Notes: generated by a model from the letters alone, not told the origin. Counted from the stretch's first letter, positions 41,899-51,747 are shown. The stretch is DNA of 64,000 nucleotides from Candidatus Moanibacter sp. (GCA_965215885.1 CBDCEW010000100.1:64001-128000), one strand, 5' to 3'. Numbers and translations are program-made.

Positions 41899-42282
41899 AA
41901 CGCCGATCGCAGATGATATTGACCATAGCAAAAACCCACCAAACGCGACTCCGAGCAAACATGGAAGGCGAATTGCCCACTGCGGCCAAGTAGCTAAGTA
42001 CTCTATGAATTTCTCAAGACGAGGAACACCAACAATGGGAAGCGTAATGGCCGCTAGTAAAATTAACGCTGCAAGTGCTTTGAATATTGTAGGAGTGTAG
42101 CAAACTGGGGCAGTAAGCCAGATCAATGCGGCTAGCAGCAGGCGGACGGCGACTGCTGTCCAAAGCCCGAGCCCTCCGGACATGAATCCGCGAACCAGCC
42201 CAATTAGTCTGTGCGGCAGCAATATCCCGTACATAGAGAAGACGACAATTACTACCGAAAAGATCGCAAGTGCTATAGCCAT
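41893..42282 (-). CDS. Hypothetical membrane protein (cassette)
   Basis: Four hydrophobic segments; stop codon within the inverse core. Confidence 0.75.
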   Translation of the reverse strand: MAIALAIFSVVIVVFSMYGILLPHRLIGLVRGFMSGGLGLWTAVAVRLLLAALIWLTAPVCYTPTIFKALAALILLAAITLPIVGVPRLEKFIEYLATWPQWAIRLPCLLGVAFGGFLLWSISSAIGVA

Positions 42283-42299
42283 TGACTGATTATTAAGCT

Positions 42300-42362
42300 G
42301 CCTAACGTTGAAGCACACTCGCGGAGGCGTAAGCCGAAGTTGAGTGGTCCGATTTGTTGGCC
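42300..42362 (-). other. attC site
   Basis: GCCTAAC...GTTGGCC with CACTC/GAGTG stem; matches core at 42913. Confidence 0.85.
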
Positions 42363-42616
42363 TAATAGTGGTATTTGAGCTGAGCCAGGTAGATGGAATC
42401 CTCCCTGAACTTGTAGACCATTCTGTGTTCCTCCGTGATTCTCCGGGACCAATATCCGCTCAGCGCATGCTTCAGCGGTTCCGGCTTTCCCAATCCATCC
42501 GTCGGATTTCGTTTCGTGTCCTTGATCAATGCGTGAATCCTCCTCAAAGTCTTCTTGTCGGTCTTTTGCCACTCAAGGTAGTCCGACCAAGCATTCTCCG
42601 AGAAAATCAGCTTCAT
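42362..42616 (-). CDS. yoeB: Txe/YoeB toxin
   Basis: AWSDYLEW, GLGKPEPLKH.LSGYWSRRITEEHR..Y, YHY. Confidence 0.95.
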   Translation of the reverse strand: MKLIFSENAWSDYLEWQKTDKKTLRRIHALIKDTKRNPTDGLGKPEPLKHALSGYWSRRITEEHRMVYKFREDSIYLAQLKYHY

Positions 42617-42864
42617 TCGCTGATCTCCCGCTCGGTACCCTTCCCTTCTTCAAGTTCCGCGATCGATTCAAGCAGTCTGCTGGCGTTCTTGGGGCTGCGA
42701 AGAAGGTAAGCCGTTTCCTGCAGGGATTCGTAATCGTCGAGTGACATCATCACCACCGAAATATCTTTTTTCTTGGTGATGATGACCGGATCCCTATCAG
42801 AGACTACCTTTTCAATCGTCTTAGCCAGATTCTCTCGAGCCGTGGTATACGTGATCGCATTCAT
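42613..42864 (-). CDS. yefM: YefM/Axe antitoxin
   Basis: YTTARENLA, PVIITK, DYESLQETAYLLRSPKNA. Confidence 0.95.
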   Translation of the reverse strand: MNAITYTTARENLAKTIEKVVSDRDPVIITKKKDISVVMMSLDDYESLQETAYLLRSPKNASRLLESIAELEEGKGTEREISE

Positions 42865-42912
42865 ATGCCCAGGATCATGGACATGTTTTGGCGGAAGTCA
42901 ATCTCCTATCAT

Positions 42913-42975
42913 GGCCAACGTCCGAGTTCACGGTCGGCGAGGGGATGGCCGGTCCTGCGGAACGATTGGTTTGGC
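42913..42975 (-). other. attC site
   Basis: GGCCAAC...GTTTGGC, 63 bp imperfect palindrome. Confidence 0.7.
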
Positions 42976-43002
42976 AGCTATTCGTTGATTGGCGGTCCGT
43001 GC

Positions 43003-43698
43003 CTACTCAACCGGGAAGAAATGGGAGACAATACCGATTCGCGGCTGGTCGGTTTGATTGCCGGACGAACCGTGAATGCACAGACTGTGATGAAATGCGG
43101 CGTCACCGGGAACCAAGCGGGCATACACCACCTTGTCCAAAGCGGGATCCGGTACCTCGCACGCACGGTGAATTTCATACTTACCCACCACATCCATGTG
43201 GGGGTTAATACCCGTCCGATGGCTACCCAACACATATCCCACGGAGCCGTTTTCGGGATAGCACTCGGTCAACGCGATCCAACAGCTAATGCCGGCTGCA
43301 CTCGCACGTTGACCCTGCCAATAGTGACCGTCCTGGTGCCATTGCACTCGGGCATTGTGATGTGCCGGTTTGGCAATTACCTGCCCATAGGAAAAACGCA
43401 ACGGATAGCCGGTTAGATACTCAGCCAACTGCTGGGCTCGGGAGCGGGAGGGATGCTCAACCAATTCCGGAATCGGACCATCGTCCGTAATTGCAATCTG
43501 CTGTTGACGACCGTGTTTTATATCCTTGTTTCCCTCTTCTCCGAACCCTACATGTCCAAGTTCACCATCTAAGGCCGGACGCAGCAGTTTTAAAAGCTCG
43601 AGGGCTTCATTGTCACTGAGGAGCTTTTGAAAAAACACAAAACCACTGTCTTTGTACCGTTGGCGAAGGGCTGGATCAGGATTGGCAACGGGGTTCAT
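43003..43698 (-). CDS. PhyH family dioxygenase (in cassette array)
   Basis: QWHQDGHYW, NGSVGYVLGSH, IHGSSGN...PR. Confidence 0.88.
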   Translation of the reverse strand: MNPVANPDPALRQRYKDSGFVFFQKLLSDNEALELLKLLRPALDGELGHVGFGEEGNKDIKHGRQQQIAITDDGPIPELVEHPSRSRAQQLAEYLTGYPLRFSYGQVIAKPAHHNARVQWHQDGHYWQGQRASAAGISCWIALTECYPENGSVGYVLGSHRTGINPHMDVVGKYEIHRACEVPDPALDKVVYARLVPGDAAFHHSLCIHGSSGNQTDQPRIGIVSHFFPVE

Positions 43699-43711
43699 TT
43701 TGGACTACTCC

Positions 43712-43828
43712 TTTAAACGCCACTTGCCGGTATAGCCGCAAGTCCGCATCAACGTAAACTTCACCCAATCCGCCTTTACCAAGTGGTCGGATATTCTCCT
43801 GTTTCGCGAGTGTCTCACCTGCTTTCAT
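43712..43828 (-). pseudogene. Ser/Thr kinase N-terminal remnant
   Basis: LGKGGLGEVY....L.RQVAFK = kinase subdomains I-II. Confidence 0.65.
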
Positions 43829-43844
43829 GTTTTGTTTGTTTATC

Positions 43845-43935
43845 GTTAAACGATACGATGAAGCGCGCGCCAGCGCGCGGACGTCGGCGTTCACGCGCTC
43901 CGCTTACCGCGTCGGCGTGCGACGCTTTGTTCGAG
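43845..43935 (-). other. attC site
   Basis: GTTAAAC...GTTCGAG; inverse core CTCGAAC matches core at 45394. Confidence 0.75.
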
Positions 43936-43940
43936 CCCGA

Positions 43941-45383
43941 TTATTTCCATATTCCGGTAATCTCTTGGAACTTATTGATGGGACTATAGGGATCGGGGTA
44001 ATCTTGCCCCTCGTGACTTCTTCGGCAGGATTCAACGAACCGTGATAGTTTCTTCCTCATGTCACGGGCACGGTCCGACTTCTGTGCAACGATATTGGTT
44101 GTCTCTGCAATATCCGCATCGAGGTCGAATAGCATGTCCTCGTGACCGTCCGTGGACAGATTGGTCAGGAACTTGAATCTGCCATCTACCAAGGCGAGCG
44201 TCGGGGCCCCAAACATGGCTGCTTCAGATTCAAGGAAACGATAGGGAATGGGGCAGGGCCGTTCCAAACTCCGTCCTTCAATCAAGGGCATGAGACTGAT
44301 ACCGTCAATCGGACGGTCATCGGGCATGTTGTATCCAAGAAGTTCAACGATCGTGGGGAAGTAGTCGAGCGTGCTACACGGCATTTCGTATTCTGTTTTT
44401 GGTGCTACAATTTTGAGCCATTTCAGGAGTGCTGGCACGCCAATGCCACCGTTGAAGAGGCTACGCTTGCGTCCGCGGAGTCCACCGGTGGTCCCACGAT
44501 TGCGGCCATTGATGGAGAGGTCTTCGCCTCCTTCCGGACCGTTGTCCGAGCAGAACCAAACCATTGTATCTTTGTCGATCCCAAGTTCCTTCAAGGTCCC
44601 GTTCAGTCGTCCGACCTGTTCGTCCATGGCGGTGATGCAGCCATAGTAGTGCTGTTCGTCTTCGCTGAATTCGGAATACATTGCCCGATACTCCGGTCCT
44701 GCCACGACCGGGGTATGGGGCGTGTGGAACCAGATGACAGCCAGGAAGGGAAGATGACGTCCCGCGCATTCCTCAATGAACGGGATGGCCCGGTCAATGA
44801 TCACGCGCGAATCATCACCTCCCAGGTTGTCACGGACGATACAGCCATCTTGGTCCCAGTAGTGGGTGCCGAATGGAGTTGCCGGTTCTCCCCATCGATA
44901 ACCATTCCTTCCCATCTCATGGGGAGTCATCATGGGATCCCATGTCGGCACCTTCGCTTCCGTTGAGAAACAGACATCAAAGCCGTGCAACCATGGTGGG
45001 GAAAGCTCTTCCCTGTGATCGGGTCCACCCCGAATGCTGTCTCTCACAGTGGTTGTCATTGTGCCCAGATGCCATTTCCCGAAGTGACCCGTGCGGTAGC
45101 CTGATGACTTGCAGACACTGGCAAGTGAAATCTCGTTAACAGGCAAGCGCCCTTGGTTAGCGTGTGTCACCCCATAGCGGGAGTAATGGCGACCTGTCAG
45201 GCAGGTCCCACGAGTGGGGGAACACACCGGTCCCCCCGCAAAGAACCGCGTGAAGCGTGCACCTTCCGAACGCATGGCATTCAGGCAAGGTGTTCGAATG
45301 ATTTCATTACCGTTGAAACCTGTGTCTCCGTACCCCAGGTCATCGCACATGAGGAGTACTATGTTTGGTTTGTGCTGCTTCAT
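43941..45383 (-). CDS. Sulfatase (complete gene cassette)
   Basis: PNIVLLMCDDLGYGD, CSPTRG, GKWHLG, SDNGPE. Confidence 0.93.
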   Translation of the reverse strand: MKQHKPNIVLLMCDDLGYGDTGFNGNEIIRTPCLNAMRSEGARFTRFFAGGPVCSPTRGTCLTGRHYSRYGVTHANQGRLPVNEISLASVCKSSGYRTGHFGKWHLGTMTTTVRDSIRGGPDHREELSPPWLHGFDVCFSTEAKVPTWDPMMTPHEMGRNGYRWGEPATPFGTHYWDQDGCIVRDNLGGDDSRVIIDRAIPFIEECAGRHLPFLAVIWFHTPHTPVVAGPEYRAMYSEFSEDEQHYYGCITAMDEQVGRLNGTLKELGIDKDTMVWFCSDNGPEGGEDLSINGRNRGTTGGLRGRKRSLFNGGIGVPALLKWLKIVAPKTEYEMPCSTLDYFPTIVELLGYNMPDDRPIDGISLMPLIEGRSLERPCPIPYRFLESEAAMFGAPTLALVDGRFKFLTNLSTDGHEDMLFDLDADIAETTNIVAQKSDRARDMRKKLSRFVESCRRSHEGQDYPDPYSPINKFQEITGIWK

Positions 45384-45393
45384 CTACCTTTCG

Positions 45394-45449
45394 CTCGAAC
45401 GCTAAGGACAGGTGCGGCTTCAGGCGTTACCTAAACCGCTTAGTTAGGG
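45394..45449 (-). other. attC site
   Basis: CTCGAAC...GTTAGGG; inverse core matches core at 48280. Confidence 0.8.
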
Positions 45450-45614
45450 GCCGATCTTCATATATTTTGGTTTCCTGTCGAGCTTCGAATCTCTAAGAGG
45501 ATCTTCGCCCTAATCTCCGTCAAAAGGGGCAATCGGTTCGTGTAAATCTCGTAAACGACCGGTGAACTGCCCTATGGATCGCGGCATGCGCGAGGATCCT
45601 GGCAGTGTCCGGGT

Positions 45615-46951
45615 TCAAGAGGCTGCGAGCGGTTCGCCTGTTCGGGGCGGCTTCCAATTCGCCGGAGCGAGTTCGGCGATCTCGGTGATGTTCATGTCCG
45701 GCAATCTTTTGAGGACGTCAGTGAGGTAAGCGGATGGTTCAATTGCGTGCCGCCGGCAACTCTCAATGATCGAGTAAATTACGGCGCTTCTCCAACCGGC
45801 CTTGGGGTGGCCGATGAACATCCAGTTTTTCTTTCCCAGGGCGGTCGGCCGGATAGCATTCTCAATGAGGTTATTGTCGATTTCAACCTTGCCATGCTCG
45901 AGGTAGCGCTTGAGTGATTCCCACTGGTTCAGAGCATACTCAACGGCTTCACCCATTTTGCTCCGCGGCAAGGCCCGCCGTTTGAGTATAGGCAAGGCTT
46001 TGCCCAAGCGTTCCACGATCCCAAGCGTTCCACGATCATCCGACCATGGCTTTTCCGGTAGGCTTCGCGCAAGGCGTAACCGTCGGTTTGGAGCAACCCT
46101 TCGTATCCGTTGAGGAACTGCTCGAGACATTTTACCCCACGGCCTGTGTGCCAGTCGTAGAGCACCTCGCCGCCGGGTCGCCCGTAGACCCCCAGGTATC
46201 CTTTCCTGCAGCCCTCTTTCTTGCCTGCGTCCGGATCCAGGTAGCGGATGGGCGTTTCGTCCGCCTGGATGTAACCGCCCTCGAACAATTGTAAGCACAT
46301 GTAGTTGTAGATGGGTTTTAGCCATTGCGCTACCTGGTGGATCCAATCGAGCATGCTCTGGCGCGCCACCCTTACTCCGTAGCGTTCCCGGAAAATCTTC
46401 TCCTGCCGATACAACGGCAGGTGATCGACGTATTTGCTCAGTAATATGTGCACCAAAAGCCCCACTCCAGGGATCCCTTTTTCAATCAGCCGCGATGGTA
46501 ATGGCGCCAGCACGGGAGGTTCCTGGGGCTTTTCGCGAGATACATATTTGCGCCGTATATAGCGCCGCCTGATAAATCGGGCCGGGAGCAAATCTAACTC
46601 TTCAGTGACTTCCTCACCGATCAACCGCCACTTTTGCGGTTCAACCTTCACCGCTTCGGGTTCGATTACGATCTCTTCGACTTCCAGGTGCTCGGGCAGA
46701 CGCTGTCGCCTCGCCCCAGCTCCTTTGCGCGCCTTCGGCTCGGGTGGTGGCTCTGCCGTTTGCTCAGCGGGTTTGTTTTCCTCGGCCTGCTCCAGCCCGG
46801 CCAGGAGCAATTCCAGCTGTCCCGGATCGATCCGCTCGCTTTGGTTGCCTCCAAAGTAGCGCTTAATGAGCCAGCCGATCTTCTGACGTAAAAGCCGATT
46901 CTCCTCTCGGAGTTGCTCCAGCTCTGTTTGCAAAACCTCGACTTCAGGCAT
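45615..46951 (-). pseudogene. tnpC: IS66 TnpC transposase, internally deleted and frameshifted
   Basis: KYVDHLPLYRQ, QADETP, QTDGY and IDNNLIENAIRP..LGKKNW; 17-bp tandem duplication at 46004-46037. Confidence 0.85.
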
Positions 46952-47018
46952 GAAAACAATACTAAACTAACGGTAATAAGAAAAGCACTACTTTTTCAAA
47001 AAAATCACTTTTTTTGAC

Positions 47019-47369
47019 CTAACGCTGATACCAGGGCCGGATCTTCCCCTCCCTCAGGTCGATCCCGTTCAAGAGCATGCTCAACGCTTCAGGGCGCAAT
47101 GGAAGCTTCTGATCTTTCAAGTCCACTCCCTGCGGCCAGCTGAACCGACCCTTCTCTAATCGCTTTGCGAAAACCCATAACCCCGTGCCGTCCCAATACA
47201 GAATCTTGACCCGGTCCCGGCTGCGATTGCAGAAGACAAAGTCCGCTCCGCTCAACGGGTCTTCCTTGAGCTGATTGGCCGCCAGGGCGTAGAGACCATT
47301 AAAGCTCTTTCGCAGATCCGTTACTCCCACGGCCAGGAAAACCTTCATCGTTCCCGGTAAGCTCAGCAT
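47019..47369 (-). CDS. tnpB: IS66 accessory protein TnpB
   Basis: TDLRKSFNGL, KILYWDGTG..KRLEKGRF. Confidence 0.93.
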   Translation of the reverse strand: MLSLPGTMKVFLAVGVTDLRKSFNGLYALAANQLKEDPLSGADFVFCNRSRDRVKILYWDGTGLWVFAKRLEKGRFSWPQGVDLKDQKLPLRPEALSMLLNGIDLREGKIRPWYQR

Positions 47370-47728
47370 CCCGATTCCCTCAACGCCTTCACCAGACTCG
47401 CCACTTGTTCCACCGCAACACCGCAGTCCACCTCCACCCGTATCGGGTCCCCTAAGACGATCTCGATCCGATCCTCCGTGACCGCGCTGCTCTGCACCGT
47501 AACTTCGGCAAACCGCGCCCCCGCCGATTTTACCCCGCTGCTTCTGTGCCCGGCCCGGTCCTTGCGCAGCCATCCCATAAAGGTCATATACTTGATACCG
47601 TGCCGCTGGGCAAACGCCCTCTGCGTCTGATTGCTGCGACGGTATGCGCTTATCAGTCGCCTGCGCTCCTGCCGACTTCGTCGAACGATTCGCTTCGACC
47701 GTGTCCGCCCTCTCGTTTTTTCTCCCAT
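47363..47728 (-). CDS. tnpA: IS66 accessory protein TnpA
   Basis: SNQTQRAFAQRHGI..TF..W HTH; FAEV. Confidence 0.85.
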   Translation of the reverse strand: MGEKTRGRTRSKRIVRRSRQERRRLISAYRRSNQTQRAFAQRHGIKYMTFMGWLRKDRAGHRSSGVKSAGARFAEVTVQSSAVTEDRIEIVLGDPIRVEVDCGVAVEQVASLVKALRESGC

Positions 47729-48007
47729 CCCATAATCATATCACGGTCGGCATCTTTGCGCTACAAGGTCGTTGCCCGGTCGCTTACTAAATCTCGACGA
47801 TTGCGTATGTTCGATCCGCGATGTTTTGCTGAAACTGCATATTCTTATCGCCGGTGACAAATACGTCGAAATTCCCTTCGATTCGTCTCAAGAGGACCCC
47901 GTTGCTTATTCCGGACCACCCCAGTTCGTTAATCGTCTTAGTTTCGAATTCAGCAAGCAACTCGGAGAAAAATGATATAGGCAGATTCTCGTCGATAAGA
48001 ATCCGCA

Positions 48008-48211
48008 TCAATCTTCCCTGGCCAGCCTAAGAAAGGCGTCTGCGTCCTCTTGCGATACGCTCGGGAATTCCGCTAGAAATTTCTCAAGCGTGCTACCATC
48101 GTCCAGATAATCGAGCAACGTTTGAGCCGGTACACGCGTGCCACGAAACACCAGCGTTCCGCTAAGTACTTCAGGATCAGAATGTACTGGACTGTGGATT
48201 AAAGTTACCAC
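48008..48211 (-). CDS. DUF433 antitoxin
   Basis: DPEVLSGTLVFRGTRVP...FP. Confidence 0.9.
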   Translation of the reverse strand: MVTLIHSPVHSDPEVLSGTLVFRGTRVPAQTLLDYLDDGSTLEKFLAEFPSVSQEDADAFLRLARED

Positions 48212-48279
48212 GAATCCATTAAATGCTTTTCAGACAATCGTTCAATGCCCAATGTTCGCTCAATTTTCATCTCTCCCAC

Positions 48280-48312
48280 CCCTAACGTCAGAACTGAGCG
48301 AAGCGGCCGGCC
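48280..48312 (-). other. Half attC (core side, GTTAGGG)
   Basis: CCCTAACGTCAGAACTGAGCG; other arm lost together with most of the upstream toxin gene. Confidence 0.6.
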
Positions 48313-48417
48313 AACCTCGTTCCGGAACCGCAACCCCAGACCTGGCTCTTGAGACTCGTAGTAGGCCACCGATTCGACGAACTCCTGCTCCGCCTCCTCG
48401 AGCGTGATCAGCGTCAT
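48312..48417 (-). pseudogene. RelE/ParE toxin, 3'-truncated
   Basis: EAEQEFVESVAYYESQEPGLGLRFRNEV then breaks. Confidence 0.8.
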
Positions 48418-48647
48418 CTCCTAAGGCGGAGGTCGATCTCTCCAAGGACAGCGGCAAAAGGGCGTCCTTTGGCTAGTCCCGCATCAATCTTGTGGATGCG
48501 GCGTTCGATCTCCTCCTCCCACGCGGCCTCAGCTCCAACGTCGCCAGATGCTTCCGCCTTCTCCAAAAGCGTGCGTACCAACCGTAACTGCTCGCCCTGA
48601 GGCAGGGTTAGCGCCTCATCCGCGATCTCGGCGAAACTGCGACTCAT
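48414..48647 (-). CDS. Addiction module antitoxin
   Basis: ALTLP..EQLRL...AAWEEEIERR. Confidence 0.85.
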   Translation of the reverse strand: MSRSFAEIADEALTLPQGEQLRLVRTLLEKAEASGDVGAEAAWEEEIERRIHKIDAGLAKGRPFAAVLGEIDLRLRR

Positions 48648-48693
48648 AGCGCAAACCTATCAGTGAACTTGATATTGTCGAGGGGCTTTTGCT

Positions 48694-48752
48694 GGCGAAC
48701 GCTACTCCTCAGGCGCGGCCTTCAGGACGTCGCCTGCAGGAGATTGTTGGGC
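48694..48752 (-). other. attC site
   Basis: GGCGAAC...GTTGGGC with CAGGCG/CGCCTG stem; matches core at 50062; related to attC 60701. Confidence 0.85.
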
Positions 48753-48784
48753 AGGCCTGTGTTGGCGACTCCGTGCCTCTGAAT

Positions 48785-50035
48785 CTACCCGTGAAACGAA
48801 GAACCTTTTGTATGATAGACCACCTTGTTGCGGGTGATGCTGTTATTGTTGTTACGAGTGATGATTGGGGTCTCGCGCCAGTTGTAATAGGTGCTTACTC
48901 GACTTAGGGGCAGGTCTAGCAGCAGTTGAACCATATAGGCGACAACACCATTGTTGTGTTTGCCCAACCAGGTCTTGCCATAGAAGTTGGTTTCGTCGTC
49001 CCAGTTGTTGAGAAAGGGCATGAAGGTCTTCGAAGTGTAGTGATCAATCTCATCACCCCGATACTCACGCAGTTCCGGGTATTGCCGGTAGATGCAGCAG
49101 AGCGGGTGCATCTGGTTGAAAGCTGAACAGCCGCTCCCTTCAAAGCCGCCCTTCTCGGTGGCACCACTGAGATGGTAGTCGATAATGTTCTTCGGTTCGG
49201 GAATCGGCCAGTCGAACTGCGCATAGGTGCACAGAATCTTCATGTTGCCGCTGGTGCGGTTGATGAAGTCAGCCTCCAGGCCGCCCCAGTAGCCTTTGCC
49301 CTCCTGGTACTGGCCATCAACCAGCTCCTTCACGTAGTGATAGCTTCCATCAAAGGGCTCCTTGCCGGCCTGGCGTTGTCTGGCCATATGCAGATTAAGT
49401 GCATGTCCAATCCGACCACACGCAGAGTACGGGCTGTCACGCCATGGCAGGCTGTTGAAATAGGTGAGCGTTGATTCCCGCGTCGTCAGATCAGGTTCAA
49501 CACTACCCGGACTGAGTGACTTCAAAAACGACTCATCGCTTCGGGGACGCGGGAATTCCTCTTTATTCATGAAGATGCGGTTGCGTACGATCCAGTCGGC
49601 TTCCCGTTCAAGACCAAAGGCCTCGAGTTCTTCTATCCACTGTTCCAGGATCGCGTCTTCCTTCTTCCGCATGTCGGGATCGTCTGCATCCAGCCACGGC
49701 GGAATGAACCCGAGCGCCCGAAGTTCCGCATAAAACGCCAGTGGATAGTTGGGCGAGGTATAGGCACCCTCATCCATGTGATGCACCTTGCCGCCCGGTT
49801 CATTGGCAAAAAGCCACGATCCTTTGCGAACTCGCGTTGCTTCAAAGAAGCTCCACGACTTTTCAACGCGTCCGGCGATTTCGGTGAAGATATCCTTTAG
49901 CCCTTTGCGTCCGCAGCCGGGGCAGTCAGCCGGATCGGCTTTGGGGATACCGAGCACGTCACGGCAGTCTGGACAGAAATAGTAGACCCGGCTGCGGGGC
50001 CACTGGTCGGGAGGTAGGACTATGTGGGACATCAC
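48785..50035 (-). CDS. Hypothetical protein with N-terminal CxxC..CxxC zinc ribbon (cassette)
   Basis: 416-aa ORF bounded by matched cores; CPDC...CPGC. Confidence 0.7.
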   Translation of the reverse strand: MMSHIVLPPDQWPRSRVYYFCPDCRDVLGIPKADPADCPGCGRKGLKDIFTEIAGRVEKSWSFFEATRVRKGSWLFANEPGGKVHHMDEGAYTSPNYPLAFYAELRALGFIPPWLDADDPDMRKKEDAILEQWIEELEAFGLEREADWIVRNRIFMNKEEFPRPRSDESFLKSLSPGSVEPDLTTRESTLTYFNSLPWRDSPYSACGRIGHALNLHMARQRQAGKEPFDGSYHYVKELVDGQYQEGKGYWGGLEADFINRTSGNMKILCTYAQFDWPIPEPKNIIDYHLSGATEKGGFEGSGCSAFNQMHPLCCIYRQYPELREYRGDEIDHYTSKTFMPFLNNWDDETNFYGKTWLGKHNNGVVAYMVQLLLDLPLSRVSTYYNWRETPIITRNNNNSITRNKVVYHTKGSSFHG

Positions 50036-50061
50036 GCGTCTCGTTTCATCTCTCCAGTCTC

Positions 50062-50139
50062 GCCCAACGCCAGGCGCAGCGGCATTTTTGGAGCGCGGAA
50101 CGCACGGAAAAAATGTCCGACTGCCGCCACTTGTTATGA
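50062..50139 (-). other. attC site
   Basis: GCCCAAC...GTTATGA; inverse core GTCATAAC is the exact complement of GTTATGAC at attI. Confidence 0.88.
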
Positions 50140-50164
50140 CTGGCGATCAAAGTCAAAACCAACC

Positions 50165-50743
50165 TTAGTCTTCCCAAACATCTATGCGAGGTAGGCCGAG
50201 TTCGTCTCTGGCTTTGTCAACAACGCTCTGAATGAAGCGTGTTTTTGCTTTGGTATAGGCAAGTGAATCTTCTGCGTATGTATTAGCAAGCTCATCTTTT
50301 AACTTCCCATAGGCGTTAACTTCTTGCGGATGCTCGAGTAAATAGTCACGCATAAGGCGCTCATTGCGTTCATCCCAGGTTGACAGTTCGACGATATGCA
50401 GGTGGAAAGTTTGGCTGCTTGCATCTTGCCTGCGTAAAAAGTGACGATTAGGCATGCCCGTTTCGATGATTTGGTAACCATAGTTGCTAAGCTGTGGCAG
50501 AAAGCTATCAAGCTCGTTAAGACTATGAACCGCAGCCATCATGTCAATGATAGGTTTAGCTCGTTGTCCTGGAATGGCTGTACTACCAACATGTTCAAGC
50601 TCGATGAAGTGGATTTCAGTGTTGGCTAGTAAACATTCACGCTCCGTAGAAAAAATCTCTACCCATTGAGGACTATAATCAACGATTTCGACGTCGTGAC
50701 TGTTTAGCTTAGGTCCGTTGATCATTACGTTTCCCAGAGTCAT
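50165..50743 (-). CDS. GrpB family (UPF0157) protein, first cassette
   Basis: EHVGSTAIPG..AKPIID, HLH, RDYL..HP, Y..LK, YT.AK. Confidence 0.92.
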   Translation of the reverse strand: MTLGNVMINGPKLNSHDVEIVDYSPQWVEIFSTERECLLANTEIHFIELEHVGSTAIPGQRAKPIIDMMAAVHSLNELDSFLPQLSNYGYQIIETGMPNRHFLRRQDASSQTFHLHIVELSTWDERNERLMRDYLLEHPQEVNAYGKLKDELANTYAEDSLAYTKAKTRFIQSVVDKARDELGLPRIDVWED

Positions 50744-50747
50744 AACA
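50741..50747 (-). other. attI core site (GTTATGA)
   Basis: Non-palindromic core adjacent to divergent intI; matches first cassette inverse core. Confidence 0.75.
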
Positions 50748-50973
50748 ATATATTATGGCAGGATTTCCTCGCAGGGAAAAGCGAAGAAATCATCGCATAA
50801 CTTCATTACTCTGATGTACAGGTAAGCCGTTAGGGGTCAACGGCAAAGCGGAAAAAACCGCGCAATAACCGTCCAGAAAGAACGAAGTATAGTAGGCAAA
50901 ACTCGACGAAGTTCGCTTCGCATTTTCTGAAAAATTTATTGACGAGCCAGATTAGGTGAACATTATTTCACTT

Positions 50974-51306
50974 ATGGAACGCAAGCATGGAACAATACGT
51001 GACCGAATGCGCGAGAAGATGCGAAATTCGTACATGAGCATCCATACCGAAAACGCGTACCTCGGTTGGTGCGGGCGATATGTGCGATTTCACGTCGGTC
51101 GATCGCCGAGTCGGATGGGCGCGACAGAGGTTCAGGCCTTTCTCAATGATCTGACCGTTCACGGCCGGGTAGCGGCGAAAACCCGGAATCAAGCCCTGTG
51201 TGCCATCGTCTACATGTATAAGCAGGTACTTGGACGCGAAATCGGAAAAATCGGAGAGCTGGAGCGCGTTCGGACTCCGAATAAACTGCCTGTAGTATTG
51301 AGGTGA
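50974..51306 (+). pseudogene. intI: Integron integrase, N-terminal SAM-like domain only
   Basis: SIHTENAYLGW..YVRFH...MGATEVQAFL..L....VAAKTRNQAL.A....YK.VL...KLPVVL then stop; catalytic domain absent. Confidence 0.9.
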
Positions 51307-51318
51307 ATCTGAGAGGGG

Positions 51319-51600
51319 CAGACTGCGAATTTCTCGGTGGAGAAGAGGCTTTGATGGCGTCGGGAATGGGACGGACTGCTCGGTAGGGCATCCGCCCATT
51401 CAGGGGTTGAGAGCTTGGGTGTCTTGCCTGGCACAACCTCCCTGCTGGAGGGCAGAGTGATTCACCCGAATATCCGTGAGAGTTTCGGGTTAAGGTAATC
51501 GGTAAGCGTCCGGAGGAACGCAGAAGATAACATGGGTTGTCAGCCCCGAGGTCCAACTCTCTGCGACGCATGTGAGAAAAATCGAAGAATTCGCAGTCTG
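51319..51600 (+). ncRNA. Structured non-coding element copy 1 (possible group IIB intron domain I-derived)
   Basis: 13-bp closing IR CAGACTGCGAATT/AATTCGCAGTCTG; nested stems; colinear with 55187-55443. Confidence 0.55.
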
Positions 51601-51747
51601 GTACCCTTGCGACGCCCCATAAAATGGTTATCACGCAAAACACAGGCAACCCCCGGCGCGCCGTTGTCCAACAATCCCGATGAAGCTAGCGCTTAGAGTT
51701 ACCCACATCCCTTATCTTGTTGGGTGGCTCCTCCAATGTAGTCGGGG

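Larger units (their letters stand above)
45551..47787 (-). mobile_element. IS66-family element, defective tnpC
   Basis: IRs GTAAACGACCGG / CCGGTCGCTTAC; 8-bp TSD TAAATCTC at 45543-45550 and 47788-47795. Confidence 0.92.
45458..48011 (-). pseudogene. DUF5615-like PIN toxin split by IS66
   Basis: MRILIDENLP..VFVTGDKN at 47788-48011 continues in frame as YTNRLPLL..NQNI* at 45458-45550 once IS66 and one TSD are removed. Confidence 0.8.

Noticed and set aside
47019..47369. RNA-guided TnpB nuclease
   Set aside because: This is the unrelated 116-aa IS66 accessory TnpB, with no RuvC domain
50939..50967. Sigma70 promoter for intI (TTGACG...CATTAT)
   Set aside because: Plausible, but spacing and -10 are imperfect and cannot be supported from sequence alone
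51319..51600. Retron msr-msd, DGR template or complete group II intron
   Set aside because: No reverse transcriptase in the window, no D5/D6 seen, and differences between the two copies are not adenine-specific
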